From positions 192,001-256,000 of the forward strand of contig CAWFXA010000002.1 of NCBI GenBank assembly GCA_963819655.1: DNA of 64,000 nt, read 5' to 3'. Source of the stretch: an uncultured Chloroflexia bacterium. Lineage in GTDB: Bacteria; Chloroflexota; Limnocylindria; Limnocylindrales; CSP1-4. A program made the translations under genes and the position numbers. This document shows, one piece after another, positions 34,625 to 45,645 of the stretch; position 1 is the stretch's first letter; each line of letters starts with the position of its first letter. The notes below the pieces were generated by a model. The model was not told the DNA's origin and searched no databases. It worked only from the letters and a program-made list of their open reading frames with translations.

Positions 34625-35107
34625 TCAGCCGCCCTTGTAGAGGAGCTGGAGGAAGGCGTTCCGCTTCCGCGCATCGCCGGCCAGTCGCCGATGCCAGCGG
34701 TATTGCGCGATGGCCTCGTCGATGGCCCGGTCGGCCTCGACGGATTCCTTAGGCGAGATGACCGCGGGGAGCGCAGCGCGCAGGCCCTCGCACAGGTTGA
34801 TCAGGTCGTCGAGCGGGACGCGCTTGCGGCGATAGACCGGCGACGTCCAGTCTGCGTACTCGCGCGCCGGGGCAGGGTCGCCCGCAGCGACGGACACTGC
34901 GACGCGGTCCGCGAGGAGCTCGGCGTCGCGCAGGCGCTGCCGCAGCCCGACCTCGTCATTTCGCTCCCGAAGCGTCGGATCGCTTTCAAGGGCGGTCGCG
35001 AGCGCCCGTGCCGCCAGCGTTGGCAACGCCTCGCGGATCCGTCGCGCTGCCTCGGGCGAACCGGCAGTCATGTCGAGCGGCGGGCGGCCGAGGCTTGGGT
35101 GGCTCAC
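34625..35107 (-). CDS. Hypothetical globin-fold (phycobiliprotein-like) protein
   Basis: LRDAELL...VAAGDP...Y....VP pattern; all-helical; start uncertain (GTG 35107 or ATG 35071). Confidence 0.6.
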   Translation of the reverse strand: MSHPSLGRPPLDMTAGSPEAARRIREALPTLAARALATALESDPTLRERNDEVGLRQRLRDAELLADRVAVSVAAGDPAPAREYADWTSPVYRRKRVPLDDLINLCEGLRAALPAVISPKESVEADRAIDEAIAQYRWHRRLAGDARKRNAFLQLLYKGG

Positions 35108-35170
35108 GATCGGAAAGTCTAGCGTCCGCCCGGGCACGTCGCCATCCATCCCACGGCTACGATGCGTGGC

Positions 35171-35650
35171 GTGGACGACCAACGAACGGGCGGCGTGCCC
35201 GCCGAACCAGGCGAACGGCGGCTCGAGAGACCTCCCTCGGATCGGTACACGCCGGTCGTGCAGGAGCCGGCCCCGGGCGGTGCCGGTTCGCAGGGGCACG
35301 CGATCGCGTACGCCGTGCTCGCCGCGATCGGTGGGGCCGTGGCCATCACGGTCGGTGGCGGCCTCCTGGCGATGACCGCGGGCTTGCTGGTCATCGCCGC
35401 GGCGCTCGGCTGGGCGGTCGCGGCGGCTCTGTCGACGAGTCCCGACGGAGGCACACGGACACGGCGCATGGCACTCGCCGCAGGCATGGCCGCGATCGGG
35501 GTCGCGTTGGGTCAGCTCGGCCTCTGGCTGGTTGCCCGCCAGGAGGGCGGGACGCTCGGTCTCGTCGACTACCTCGGGGAGGTCTTCGGGATCCTCGTCC
35601 TCCTGCAGCTGGTCATCGCTGTCGTCGTCGCGTTGTGGCGCGCGCGGTGA
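35171..35650 (+). CDS. Hypothetical membrane protein
   Basis: Four hydrophobic segments; GTGA overlap with the next gene. Confidence 0.7.
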   Translation: MDDQRTGGVPAEPGERRLERPPSDRYTPVVQEPAPGGAGSQGHAIAYAVLAAIGGAVAITVGGGLLAMTAGLLVIAAALGWAVAAALSTSPDGGTRTRRMALAAGMAAIGVALGQLGLWLVARQEGGTLGLVDYLGEVFGILVLLQLVIAVVVALWRAR

Positions 35651-36171
35651 GCGACACACGCGGGCCGGACGATCGACGCGACGCAGCCGACCTCAGCTTC
35701 CGGCGCCCGACCGAGGCCGATCACCGCACGATCGTCGGATTGGTCGACGAGTGGTGGGGCGGTCGTCGCATGCGCTCGCTCCTGCCGCGCCTGTGGTTCC
35801 AGCACTTCGCCGGGACGTCGTGGATCGCGGAGGCGGTCGACGGACGCCTGGCCGGCTTTGTCGTCGCGTTCATCAGCCAGGACGACCCGTCCGTCGGCTA
35901 CGTCCACATGATCGGGGCCGACCCCAACCGTCGCCGGAGCGGTATCGGCCGAGCACTCTACGAGCGCGTGTTCACGGACCTGTCCGGCCGCGGCGTGAAA
36001 CGCGTCAAGGCGATCACGTGGCCAGGCAATCGCCAGAGCGTCGCCTTCCACCGATCCGTCGGCTTCCGCGTCGATGACGGTCCGGGCACGGAGAACCTGT
36101 ACGGGACGCCTGCCTACGCCGACTACGACGGCGACGGCGACGACCGGGCGGTCTTCGTCCGCGACCTCTGA
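35647..36171 (+). CDS. GNAT-family acetyltransferase
   Basis: GYVHMIG..PNRRRSGIGRALY, NRQSVAFHRSVGF. Confidence 0.9.
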   Translation: MSDTRGPDDRRDAADLSFRRPTEADHRTIVGLVDEWWGGRRMRSLLPRLWFQHFAGTSWIAEAVDGRLAGFVVAFISQDDPSVGYVHMIGADPNRRRSGIGRALYERVFTDLSGRGVKRVKAITWPGNRQSVAFHRSVGFRVDDGPGTENLYGTPAYADYDGDGDDRAVFVRDL

Positions 36172-36270
36172 GCGTCGCCGCCAGGACGTCTCGGGAACCG
36201 ATCGACCCCGGCCGGTGTACTTCCCACAACGGGTCACCCCGCCCGACCCACCACGGGAAGGAGTCCACCG

Positions 36271-37026
36271 ATGCTTCGCCGGATCGCCGCCGTGATCGCC
36301 GCGACCGCCATGCTCCTCGTCTTCGCCCTCCCGGCGATGGCCGGTGGTTGGGCCGAGATCGAGGCCGACGCGCAGATCGCGACACCGACCGAGGACACGC
36401 CGTTCGTGATCGGCTTCACGGTCCTCCAGCATGGCCAGACGCCCGCACCGTGGGAGTCCGCGACCGTCCATTTCACGGACGCGGGAACGGGTGAGGCATT
36501 CGACGTCGCCGCGACGAACGACCGCGCGGACGGCCATTTCGTCGCCACCGCGACGGTTCCACACGCCGGCTACTGGAGTTGGCAGGTCACGCTCCGGGAC
36601 CTCGAGAGCCAGCACGTCCCGGTCCGGATGACAGTCCTCACGGCCAGCGGCGCGACCCCGCCGTTCGATCCGTCGACGATCCTGGCGGCGGTGGACAGCG
36701 CGAAGATCGCCGCCACGAACTCCGTGACCGAGAGGTTCGCCCCCGAGATCGAGCGCCTCGATCGACAGGACGACGGCTATCGAGCCCGCCTCGACAATCT
36801 GGCCGCCCAGATGAGGGACGTGACGGCCGATCGCGATGCGCTCGCCGACCGCGTCGCCACTCTCGAAGGAGTCGGCGGCCTGCCGTTGATCGCGGTGATC
36901 AGCCTGTCCGTGCTGGCCGGTTCAGCGGCGGGCTTCGCGATGGCCTGGCTGGCGGGCCGGAAGCCACCGCGCGAGCTCCCGGACGTCGCCCTCAATCCAC
37001 CGCAGCGCGGAGCCGACCCGGTGTGA
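36271..37026 (+). CDS. Exported, C-terminally anchored hypothetical protein
   Basis: Signal peptide, Ig-like beta region, coiled coil, C-terminal TM; AAGGAG RBS. Confidence 0.72.
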   Translation: MLRRIAAVIAATAMLLVFALPAMAGGWAEIEADAQIATPTEDTPFVIGFTVLQHGQTPAPWESATVHFTDAGTGEAFDVAATNDRADGHFVATATVPHAGYWSWQVTLRDLESQHVPVRMTVLTASGATPPFDPSTILAAVDSAKIAATNSVTERFAPEIERLDRQDDGYRARLDNLAAQMRDVTADRDALADRVATLEGVGGLPLIAVISLSVLAGSAAGFAMAWLAGRKPPRELPDVALNPPQRGADPV

Positions 37027-38275
37027 CCCGCTCGTGGAGGAGGCGGCCGAAGCGCCCGACGCGGTCGGGCGCTTCGCCTGTCTCGACCCAGCGGGCGATG
37101 AGCTGCTCGCCTTCCTCGTACGCGAAGACATACAGCCGCGAGAGCGGGTCCTCGATGAACTCGAGCCGCTTCGCAGCGACATCCTCGGAGAAACGCCCGA
37201 CCTTCCGGAGATACGTCATCACCTCCTTGTGCGGTCGACCATCGGCGTGACGGCGGAGTGCGGCCTCGTCGACGGCAGCGTCCAGGATGTTGCGCGGCGC
37301 GACCAGCGCGACGGCCCGCTCCGCCATCTCACGCGCGGCGGGCCGGTCGGCGGCGACAGCCAGACCCGCGCGCTCGAAGAGTTCGACGAGCAGGTCGGCC
37401 CGCTCCTCGAGCGGCGACGCGAGCCTGGTCCCGTAACGGGCCAGCCCCTCGCTGACCGGGCCCTCGGGCGTGTTCGTCAGCAGCATCGACGACTCGAGCT
37501 GATGACGGCGGTCGACCAGGTCCGTCTCCTTCCAGGAGAGCTCGAGATGGTGGCCCGGGTACGTCTCATGGGCGATGGTGACGACGAGATCGGGAGCGGT
37601 GACGGGTAGGTCGACGTTGATGTCGATCCGCGAGCGACGACCGCCCTCATACCAGTTGTAGGCGATCCACGGCTGGTCGCGGACGATCGACAGGCGGAGG
37701 CCCTCGCCCTCTGGCAGTCCGAAATCGTTCCGGGCGCGTTCGCGGAAAAGCTCGACGAGCCACTCGGCCACAGACGGCAGCCGATCGACCGGCACCTCGA
37801 GCTCGCGGTCCCAGGCCTCAAGTCGTTCCGCAACGGAACCCTTGCCCGGCAACAACGCATCGATCGCGGAGGCGGCGGTGTCGAAGACCGCGGCGTCGTG
37901 CCGCCGCGGCGCGAACCCCATGCAGCGCTCGACGTACTCGGGGTACGGCAGCGGCTCCCCTGCGAGCGCGAGGGCGTGGGCATCGAGCGCGTGCAGCTGT
38001 GCGGTCAGCCACTCCTTCCGGTCCTGTTCGTCGATCTCGCGGGCGACGCGGTCGGCAAGTGATGCGATGTCCTCACGAAGCCGGCTCGGTGCCCGCAGCT
38101 GCTCCATGTCCACCCGCGCCTTGGTGTCGGCCGGCCCGTAGTACGCGTCCACGAGACCCGGGATGTGCTGGTCGAGCCGAAGACCGAGCAGGAGATAGTC
38201 CGTCGCGATGGGGTCAGGCGCTGGGACGGTCCGCGTGCCGCCGACGGCCGAGACTCGCTGCGGGGCCGGCGTCAT
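36992..38275 (-). CDS. Hypothetical metalloprotein, DUF885-like
   Basis: AHETYPGHH and SEGLA zincin-like motifs. Confidence 0.7.
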   Translation of the reverse strand: MTPAPQRVSAVGGTRTVPAPDPIATDYLLLGLRLDQHIPGLVDAYYGPADTKARVDMEQLRAPSRLREDIASLADRVAREIDEQDRKEWLTAQLHALDAHALALAGEPLPYPEYVERCMGFAPRRHDAAVFDTAASAIDALLPGKGSVAERLEAWDRELEVPVDRLPSVAEWLVELFRERARNDFGLPEGEGLRLSIVRDQPWIAYNWYEGGRRSRIDINVDLPVTAPDLVVTIAHETYPGHHLELSWKETDLVDRRHQLESSMLLTNTPEGPVSEGLARYGTRLASPLEERADLLVELFERAGLAVAADRPAAREMAERAVALVAPRNILDAAVDEAALRRHADGRPHKEVMTYLRKVGRFSEDVAAKRLEFIEDPLSRLYVFAYEEGEQLIARWVETGEAPDRVGRFGRLLHERVTPGRLRAAVD

Positions 38276-38796
38276 CGCTGCATACGGTCGGGCCGTGGGG
38301 CGCGGCGCTCGCCATGGTCGCGGTGGTCGTCGGCCCGCCGCCGGACCTCGGCGAGGCGTTCCGCGAGTGTCGGATCGGGAGGGAGGCCGGTCCGGTCCGG
38401 TGCGCGGTCGGCCGGGCGCTCGGCCTCCGCCGACGCAGGCCGATCAGGATCCGCGGAGCCAAGGCCGACCCCACCTGTTTCCCCGACGAACGGCATGTGT
38501 TGCCGATCGACTGCGTCGAGGCTCATCCGCAGCGCGGCGGTCTTCTGGGTCGCCACCTCGCGGACGTACGCCGACTCCTCGTCGGCGGTCATCGGCCGGC
38601 CGCGGACGATCGCCTTGGGCTTGCCGACCATCAACCACGCGAGGTGATAGCGGTCCATGCTCCCCCATGCCGCGGACAGGAGGTCGTCGGACAACTGCAG
38701 CCAGACCTGCATCGCCCCCAGGGAAGGCTGGGCGACCAGCCGGTCGCCCTCGTCGATGAGCTGCCGGGTCCGGGTGATCAACTCGTCACGTTTCAC
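38272..38796 (-). CDS. Hypothetical protein
   Basis: VKRDELITRTRQLIDEG...; four-base overlaps at both ends. Confidence 0.65.
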   Translation of the reverse strand: MKRDELITRTRQLIDEGDRLVAQPSLGAMQVWLQLSDDLLSAAWGSMDRYHLAWLMVGKPKAIVRGRPMTADEESAYVREVATQKTAALRMSLDAVDRQHMPFVGETGGVGLGSADPDRPASAEAERPADRAPDRTGLPPDPTLAERLAEVRRRADDHRDHGERRAPRPDRMQR

Positions 38797-39722
38797 GGTC
38801 GTGCCAGCTCGCCGTCGCGGATCATCGCCTCGCGGTCGGCGCGGGCGCGAAGCGTCCACGGGCCAGGCGTCCCGGCCCCGATCGGTCTGCCTTCGAAAGC
38901 GGTGACCGGCAGGATCCCGGCCACGCTCGACGACAGGAAGGCCTCCTCGGCGTTGGCGAGATCCTCGCGCCGCAGCCTGGCCTCGACCGGCCGGACGCCC
39001 ACCCGTGCTGCCCAGTCGAGCAGCCAGGATCGCGTCGTCCCCGGCAGGATCGCGCAGTCGAGCGATGGTGTCGCGAGCTCGGGCGTCCCTCCGGCCGAGC
39101 CGCGGACCAGGAAGATGTTGGCCGACGTCCCTTCGGACAGGTGATCGTCGATGGTCAGGAACAGCGCGTCGTCCGCCCCGGCCCGGCGCGCCTCGAGCCG
39201 CGCATAGACGTACTCGGCACGGGACGTGGTCTTGAGGGTGGCTAGCGGGTTGCGCGGGTCGCGCCGGACGGCGGAGGCCACGAGGTGGAGCCCCTGCTCG
39301 AGATGGTCGGCCGGTGCAGCCGCGACCGGCCACGCCTGGATCGCGATCGTCGCCTCCGCGTCCTCGTTCGGCGGCAGCACGCCGCGCGTCCGGAAGACGC
39401 CACGCGACACGGTGATCCGGAGCGACGCGTCGCCGTCGGCGCCGTCGAGCCCATCCACGGCAAGCAACGCGGCGATGCCGGCCGACAGACGGGCGTCGAC
39501 ATCGGCCGGGAGCTCGATATCGAGGCCATCGGCCGATCGATGGAGACGCGCCAGGTGGGCATCGATCTCCGTCGGGTGGCCACCCCGGGCGCGCAGCGTC
39601 TCGAAGACCCCGTCCCCGAGCTGGAAGCCACGATCGAAGACAGACAGATGCGGCCCGTCGGCCGGGAGGATCTCGCCGTCGAGCCAGACGTGCCGTGGTC
39701 GGCCGTCCCCCGTCGATATCAC
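38793..39722 (-). CDS. Class IV aminotransferase (PabC/IlvE-like)
   Basis: DRGFQLGDGVFET, LKTTS, EGTSANIF, ILPGTTR. Confidence 0.88.
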   Translation of the reverse strand: MISTGDGRPRHVWLDGEILPADGPHLSVFDRGFQLGDGVFETLRARGGHPTEIDAHLARLHRSADGLDIELPADVDARLSAGIAALLAVDGLDGADGDASLRITVSRGVFRTRGVLPPNEDAEATIAIQAWPVAAAPADHLEQGLHLVASAVRRDPRNPLATLKTTSRAEYVYARLEARRAGADDALFLTIDDHLSEGTSANIFLVRGSAGGTPELATPSLDCAILPGTTRSWLLDWAARVGVRPVEARLRREDLANAEEAFLSSSVAGILPVTAFEGRPIGAGTPGPWTLRARADREAMIRDGELARP

Positions 39723-41149
39723 GCCACCTCCTCGCCGCCGATCGCCCCGAGCGGGCCGCGTGCCTTGGCGACGGTCTCATCCCACTCCGCGGCGGGGTCG
39801 CTGCCCCAGGTGATGCCGCCCCCGACGTGGAGCGTCAGCCGTCGACCGTCGGCGACGAACGTACGGATGAGGATGCTGGTCTGCATCGCGCCGTCCGGCC
39901 CGATCCAGCCGAGCGCGCCGGTGTACGGCCCGCGGCGCACCGGCTCGAGCCGCTCGAGGATCTCCATCGCGCGGATCTTGGGAGCACCGGTGATCGAGCC
40001 ACCCGGGAAGCTTGCCCCGAGCAGGTCGAAGGCGTCACGGCCGGCGGCCAGCCGGCCGGTGACCGTCGAGACGAGGTGCTGGACCGCTGCGGTCCGCTCG
40101 AGCCGACACAGGCGGGGGACGCGCACGGTGCCGGGACGGCAGACGCGGCCGAGGTCGTTGCGGAGGACGTCGACGATCATCACGTTCTCGGCCCGGTCCT
40201 TGGCGCTGCTCAACAGCTCGCAGGCGAGCGCCCGGTCCTCGCGCCGATCGCGGCCGCGCGGGCGTGTCCCCTTGATCGGATCGCTGGCCACGTGCCCGAG
40301 CGCGTCGACCGACAGGAACGGCTCGGGTGAGGCCGACAGGAGGGCCCGCGGCATGCCCGTCTCGGGCGACGGGCCGAGGTCGAGATATGCCGAGAAGAGA
40401 GACGGGTCGCCGGTCCGCAGGTGGCGATACGGCTCCCACGGATCGCCGTCGAACGGCGCCTCCAGGCGTCGCGTGAGGTTGGCCTGGTAGATGTCCCCGC
40501 GTGCGATGTGCTGCCGGATCGCCTCGACGCCTGCCTCGTATTCAGGTCTTGAGAGGCTCGACCGGAAGCGCAACGGCTCCTCACGAGGCAGCACCGCGGG
40601 GGGGCCGGCGGCGGGCGTCGTCAACCGGGCGTGCACGTCATCGAGCCGGCGCGCCAGCCGCCGCGCATCGCCGTCGAGCGCACGCCCCGCGAGCCACGCG
40701 TGACCGGTCCGCCGGTCCCAGGCCACGACCCAGTCGTGCAGCCCGAGCCGGAGTGGCGGCAGACCCTGATCGTCGAGCGCGATCGACGGCAGACGCTCCA
40801 GCGCGTGCCCGAGGTCGTAGCCCAGGAACCCGACGAGGCCTCCGAGGAACCGCGGCGCATCGGCGGGGACGATCGGGGTGGCATCGAGCCGCGCCAGCAG
40901 GCGCCGCGCGACGGCGAACGGATCGGGACCCGCCGCCGGGGTGTCCAGGACCGCGACCGGGTCCGCGGTCAGGTACGTCCAGCGCGCATTGCGCCCGGGT
41001 CGCGCGCTCTCGAGCAGCGCCAGCCCCGGCAGGTCACGGAACGCTTCGGCCGCATCGATCGGGCGCAGCGCCGCGACTCGATCGGGCAGGCGCCGGAGGC
41101 GCAGCGTCGACGAGGACGAACCGGGCTTGTTCGGGCCGACCGGGATCAC
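39719..41149 (-). CDS. pabB: Aminodeoxychorismate synthase component I
   Basis: GDIYQANL, SPEPFL, PIKGTRPR, AENVMIVDVLRND, FPGGSITGAPK. Confidence 0.85.
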   Translation of the reverse strand: MIPVGPNKPGSSSSTLRLRRLPDRVAALRPIDAAEAFRDLPGLALLESARPGRNARWTYLTADPVAVLDTPAAGPDPFAVARRLLARLDATPIVPADAPRFLGGLVGFLGYDLGHALERLPSIALDDQGLPPLRLGLHDWVVAWDRRTGHAWLAGRALDGDARRLARRLDDVHARLTTPAAGPPAVLPREEPLRFRSSLSRPEYEAGVEAIRQHIARGDIYQANLTRRLEAPFDGDPWEPYRHLRTGDPSLFSAYLDLGPSPETGMPRALLSASPEPFLSVDALGHVASDPIKGTRPRGRDRREDRALACELLSSAKDRAENVMIVDVLRNDLGRVCRPGTVRVPRLCRLERTAAVQHLVSTVTGRLAAGRDAFDLLGASFPGGSITGAPKIRAMEILERLEPVRRGPYTGALGWIGPDGAMQTSILIRTFVADGRRLTLHVGGGITWGSDPAAEWDETVAKARGPLGAIGGEEVA

Positions 41150-41218
41150 GCGGGCGATGATACGGCCGGTCGCCGGGACGGGGCGCCGACGCCAGCGACC
41201 GGAGGTACGCTCCTCGCG

Positions 41219-42022
41219 ATGCAGCGTGCACGGAATGCGATCGGTGTCACCCAGTGGTCGCTCGACGGGCGTGGACCCGAGACGATCGAACGCGCAGCCC
41301 TGCTCGGCTTCGAGACCATCCACCTCGACTCCGGCTCGCTCGACGGCGATCTCCGGCTCGACGACGACGGCCTGCGCGAGCGGTATCGCCGAGCTGCGCG
41401 CGACTGTGGCGTGACGATCGGCGCGATCTCGGGCGGGGACCTGAATGACCTCGGGCTCTCCAGCCCGGCCGGTTCCGCGAACGCGACCCGGTGCGCGTTG
41501 AGCATCCGGATCGCGATCGAGGCAGCGCTCGACATGGGCGTGCCACTCGTCTTCCTGCCGAGCTTCCGAGCCGGCGAGATCCGCGACGACGCGGACCTGT
41601 CGCGCACGGCCGAGGTCCTCGCCGCGGCGGGCGATCACGCGTCCGGCCGTCCCGTGACGGTCGCCACCGAGAACACGTTGAGCGCAGACGGCAACCTCCG
41701 GCTGTTGCGTGCGGCGGGCCGTTCCGACCTTCGCGTGCTCCTCGACACGCAGAACCCCGCGCTGTGGGGGCATGCCGTGGCGCCGATGGTTGACGCCCTG
41801 TGGCCGTACCTCGTCGATCAGGTCCACGTCAAGGACGGGATCGATGGCGAGATGGGCAATGCCCTGCTCGGGGAGGGCGAATCCGACTTCGCCGCGACGT
41901 TGGCTGCGCTCCGCCGGCGCGGCTTCGCGGGGGCGCTGGTCAGCGAGAACGACTACCGCGGCCCGCGCAGCGAGCTGGCTGGCCGCGATATCGCCATCCT
42001 CGCTGATGTCGCGACCGGCTAA
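41219..42022 (+). CDS. Sugar phosphate isomerase/epimerase (TIM barrel)
   Basis: ATEN, LDTQN, VHVKD, LGEG, VSEN. Confidence 0.85.
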   Translation: MQRARNAIGVTQWSLDGRGPETIERAALLGFETIHLDSGSLDGDLRLDDDGLRERYRRAARDCGVTIGAISGGDLNDLGLSSPAGSANATRCALSIRIAIEAALDMGVPLVFLPSFRAGEIRDDADLSRTAEVLAAAGDHASGRPVTVATENTLSADGNLRLLRAAGRSDLRVLLDTQNPALWGHAVAPMVDALWPYLVDQVHVKDGIDGEMGNALLGEGESDFAATLAALRRRGFAGALVSENDYRGPRSELAGRDIAILADVATG

Positions 42023-42026
42023 GCGG

Positions 42027-43022
42027 ATGGAGCCGCTACGCGTCGGGTTCATCGGGGCGGGGGTTTTCTCCTCCTGGGCGATCTACCCGGCCTTGCACCT
42101 TGCTCCCATCGACCTGCGGGCCGTCTGCGACACCGACGGAGAGAAGGCTCGCAGCATGGCGAGTCGTTTCGGCGGCCGAGGACGCTGGTACACCGATCAC
42201 CGCCGGATGTGGGAGGAGGAGGATCTCGAGGCGCTGATCGTCTGGATGAAGCCGGGCGCTCGACAGGACCTTGTTCTCGAAGCGCTCGAGGCCGGCTACC
42301 ACGTGCTTGTGCCCAAACCGCCTGCGCTCACGCTCCAGGCCTGTCGGGAACTGGCGTCGGCCTCGACCAGGACGGGTCGCAACGTGATGGTCCATTTCCA
42401 CCGGCGTTTCAGTCAGGGCGTGACGCAGGCGCGCGAGATCATGCAGCGGCCGTCGTTCGGTCCGCTGACGCAGCTCTTCTGCTCGTTCTGCTCCGGCGCC
42501 TACGACGACGTGCGTGCCGCCGGGTTCGACGACCCGGTCCACGCCTACCTGTGTGACTTCGCGGTCCACCACCTCGACATGGCGCGTTGGCTGGGCGGCG
42601 AGGTCCGCGAAGCCAGTGCTTACCACGATGTGCGCGGTCGTGGCGCTTCCTTCGCGGTCGCATTGCAGTTCGAGAACGGTGCGGTGGGGAACCTGCAACT
42701 GAACAGCCAGCGCGTGTGGTGGCGCAACTACGACCGGATCGAGGTCACCGGCCAGGGCGAGTACATCCTCATCGACGGCCTGTGGGGCTCTCGCCACTAC
42801 ACCGCGACCGACAACACCTTCACCGAGAACTACAGCGACGAGCGGAGCACGGAGCTCGGCGGGGACGGTGCTGCGTTGGTCGAGTTCGTCGCATCCATCC
42901 GGGAGGGGCGGGCGCCGGTGGCGAGCATCCAGGACGCCGTTCGAACGATGTGCCTCTATCAGGCGATCTACGACGCCTACCGTGCGGGCCGGCAGGGGCC
43001 AATGGAGTTGCCGGAGCCCTGA
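42027..43022 (+). CDS. Gfo/Idh/MocA oxidoreductase
   Basis: RVGFIGAG, HVLVPKPP, HFHRRF, DFAVHHLD. Confidence 0.88.
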   Translation: MEPLRVGFIGAGVFSSWAIYPALHLAPIDLRAVCDTDGEKARSMASRFGGRGRWYTDHRRMWEEEDLEALIVWMKPGARQDLVLEALEAGYHVLVPKPPALTLQACRELASASTRTGRNVMVHFHRRFSQGVTQAREIMQRPSFGPLTQLFCSFCSGAYDDVRAAGFDDPVHAYLCDFAVHHLDMARWLGGEVREASAYHDVRGRGASFAVALQFENGAVGNLQLNSQRVWWRNYDRIEVTGQGEYILIDGLWGSRHYTATDNTFTENYSDERSTELGGDGAALVEFVASIREGRAPVASIQDAVRTMCLYQAIYDAYRAGRQGPMELPEP

Positions 43023-43077
43023 ACACGCACGTCGCGGTCGCCGAATCGCGACCGCGCGCGCCCGCTACCCTCCTCGG

Positions 43078-44193
43078 ATGCGAGCACGTGACCTCGGGAT
43101 CAAGTTCGGCCTCGGCTCACCCGGGCCGCTCAACGCCATCACCGACGTCGCCGGCGTCACGGTCGGGCACACGACGCTGATCCGCGGCGACGGACCGCTG
43201 GTCGTCGGCCGAGGCCCGGTCCGGACCGGCGTCACGGTCGTCTGTCCGCGCGGCGCGGCGTCGCTGCGCGAGCCCGTGTTCGCGGGTCGCCATAGCCTCA
43301 ACGGCAATGGCGAGATGACCGGCCTCGAATGGGTCCGTGAATCGGGCCTGCTGAGCTCGCCGGTCGCGATCACCAACACGCACAGCGTCGGGATCGTGCG
43401 CGACGCGCTGGTGGCCGCCTCCGTCGATGGGAGCGATGCGCGCTGGTCACTCCCCGTGGTCGGCGAGACGTACGACGGGCTCCTCAGCGACATGAACGGG
43501 TTCCACGTCACCGGGGCCCATCTTCAGGCGGCTCTGGCGGAGGCGCGCGGTGGACCGGTCGAGGAAGGGGCGGTCGGTGGCGGCACGGGCTCCATCTGCC
43601 ACGAGTTCAAGGGCGGCATCGGAACTGCGTCACGGGTCATCCCGACGGAGTCCGGTGGCTACACGGTCGGCGTCCTCGTCCAGTCGAACTACGGGAAGCG
43701 TTCGTGGCTGCGGGTCGACGGCGTGCGGGTCGGCGAGGCCATCCCGGCCACGGAGGTCCCGAGTCCGTACGACGACCGCCCCGGACTGCCGCCGGCGGGT
43801 TCAGGATCGATCATCGTCGTCGTCGCCACTGATGCGCCGCTGCTCCCCCACCAATGCGAGCGGCTGGCGCAGCGCGCGGGCCTCGGGATCGCCCGCGTGG
43901 GCGGCACGGGTGGCCACACGAGCGGCGACCTGTTCATCGCGTTCGCGACCGGCAATCGGATCCCGACCGGTTCGGGCGACGACGACGACCCGATCGGCGT
44001 CGCCACCTATGCCGTCCGCGCCGTCGGCGACATCACCATCGACAAGCTGTTCGATGCCGTCGTGGAGGCGACCGAAGAGGCCATCGTCAACGCGCTCGTC
44101 GCCGCGCCGACTGTCGTCGGGCGCGACGGCATCACGGCCCACGCGATCCCGCACGACCGGCTCGTCGAGGTCATGAGGTCGGCCGGTCGCTGA
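43078..44193 (+). CDS. P1/S58 aminopeptidase (DmpA-like)
   Basis: NAITDVAGVTVGH, NGNGEMTG, KGGIGTASR, GSIIVVVATDAP, SGDLFIAFATG. Confidence 0.92.
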   Translation: MRARDLGIKFGLGSPGPLNAITDVAGVTVGHTTLIRGDGPLVVGRGPVRTGVTVVCPRGAASLREPVFAGRHSLNGNGEMTGLEWVRESGLLSSPVAITNTHSVGIVRDALVAASVDGSDARWSLPVVGETYDGLLSDMNGFHVTGAHLQAALAEARGGPVEEGAVGGGTGSICHEFKGGIGTASRVIPTESGGYTVGVLVQSNYGKRSWLRVDGVRVGEAIPATEVPSPYDDRPGLPPAGSGSIIVVVATDAPLLPHQCERLAQRAGLGIARVGGTGGHTSGDLFIAFATGNRIPTGSGDDDDPIGVATYAVRAVGDITIDKLFDAVVEATEEAIVNALVAAPTVVGRDGITAHAIPHDRLVEVMRSAGR

Positions 44194-44525
44194 CGGTCGG
44201 ACTTGGTCGACATCGACGAGTGCCGGCGAGACCTGGGGCGGCCGCACGGCGCGCGGCCCGGCTCCCGAGGCTGCGCGCGCGCCCAAGGCGGCCGCGGCCC
44301 GAGGTGGCCGCGCGGCCCGATGTCGATCCCATTTCTGCTGGGATCAGACGAATCAGGCCAACGGGGCCTTAACGGTCGTCGGACCTGTCATCCCGTGCTT
44401 GGGTCGACCCGCCGCGAGCGCGATCGACACGTGCTCCGGGGCCTTATCGCCCCCGGAGCCCTGAAACGTCTGGTGGGATCAGAATCGATGCCGGCAAGGC
44501 CCGCGGACACCCCGACCCGGCCCCG

Positions 44526-44644
44526 GGAACTGTCAGTTCCGGATCAGACATGGATGAGCGTGAACCGAGACCAGATCCGACACCTTCTGTCGAATCCGGC
44601 GGCCAGCCACGCTCATTCGTCAGGAGATCGGTACTGGCAGTTCC
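44526..44644. repeat. ~120-bp imperfect inverted-repeat element (MITE/REP-like or ncRNA)
   Basis: Arms 44526-44537/44633-44644 (11/12), 44552-44562/44608-44618 (10/11), 44575-44582/44588-44595 (7/8). Confidence 0.5.
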
Positions 44645-44703
44645 GCAAGAGTGGACGGGAAGGGAAGCGCTCGCATCCGGCGCCGACCCGGGAGGCCAAA
44701 CTG

Positions 44704-45573
<870 letters not shown>

Positions 45574-45645
45574 GCGGAGAGGCCTCCCTTGAGGTGATGC
45601 TGGTGTCGGGGCGGGACGGAGGCGGGAGTCGCGGCGGGTCGAGGA

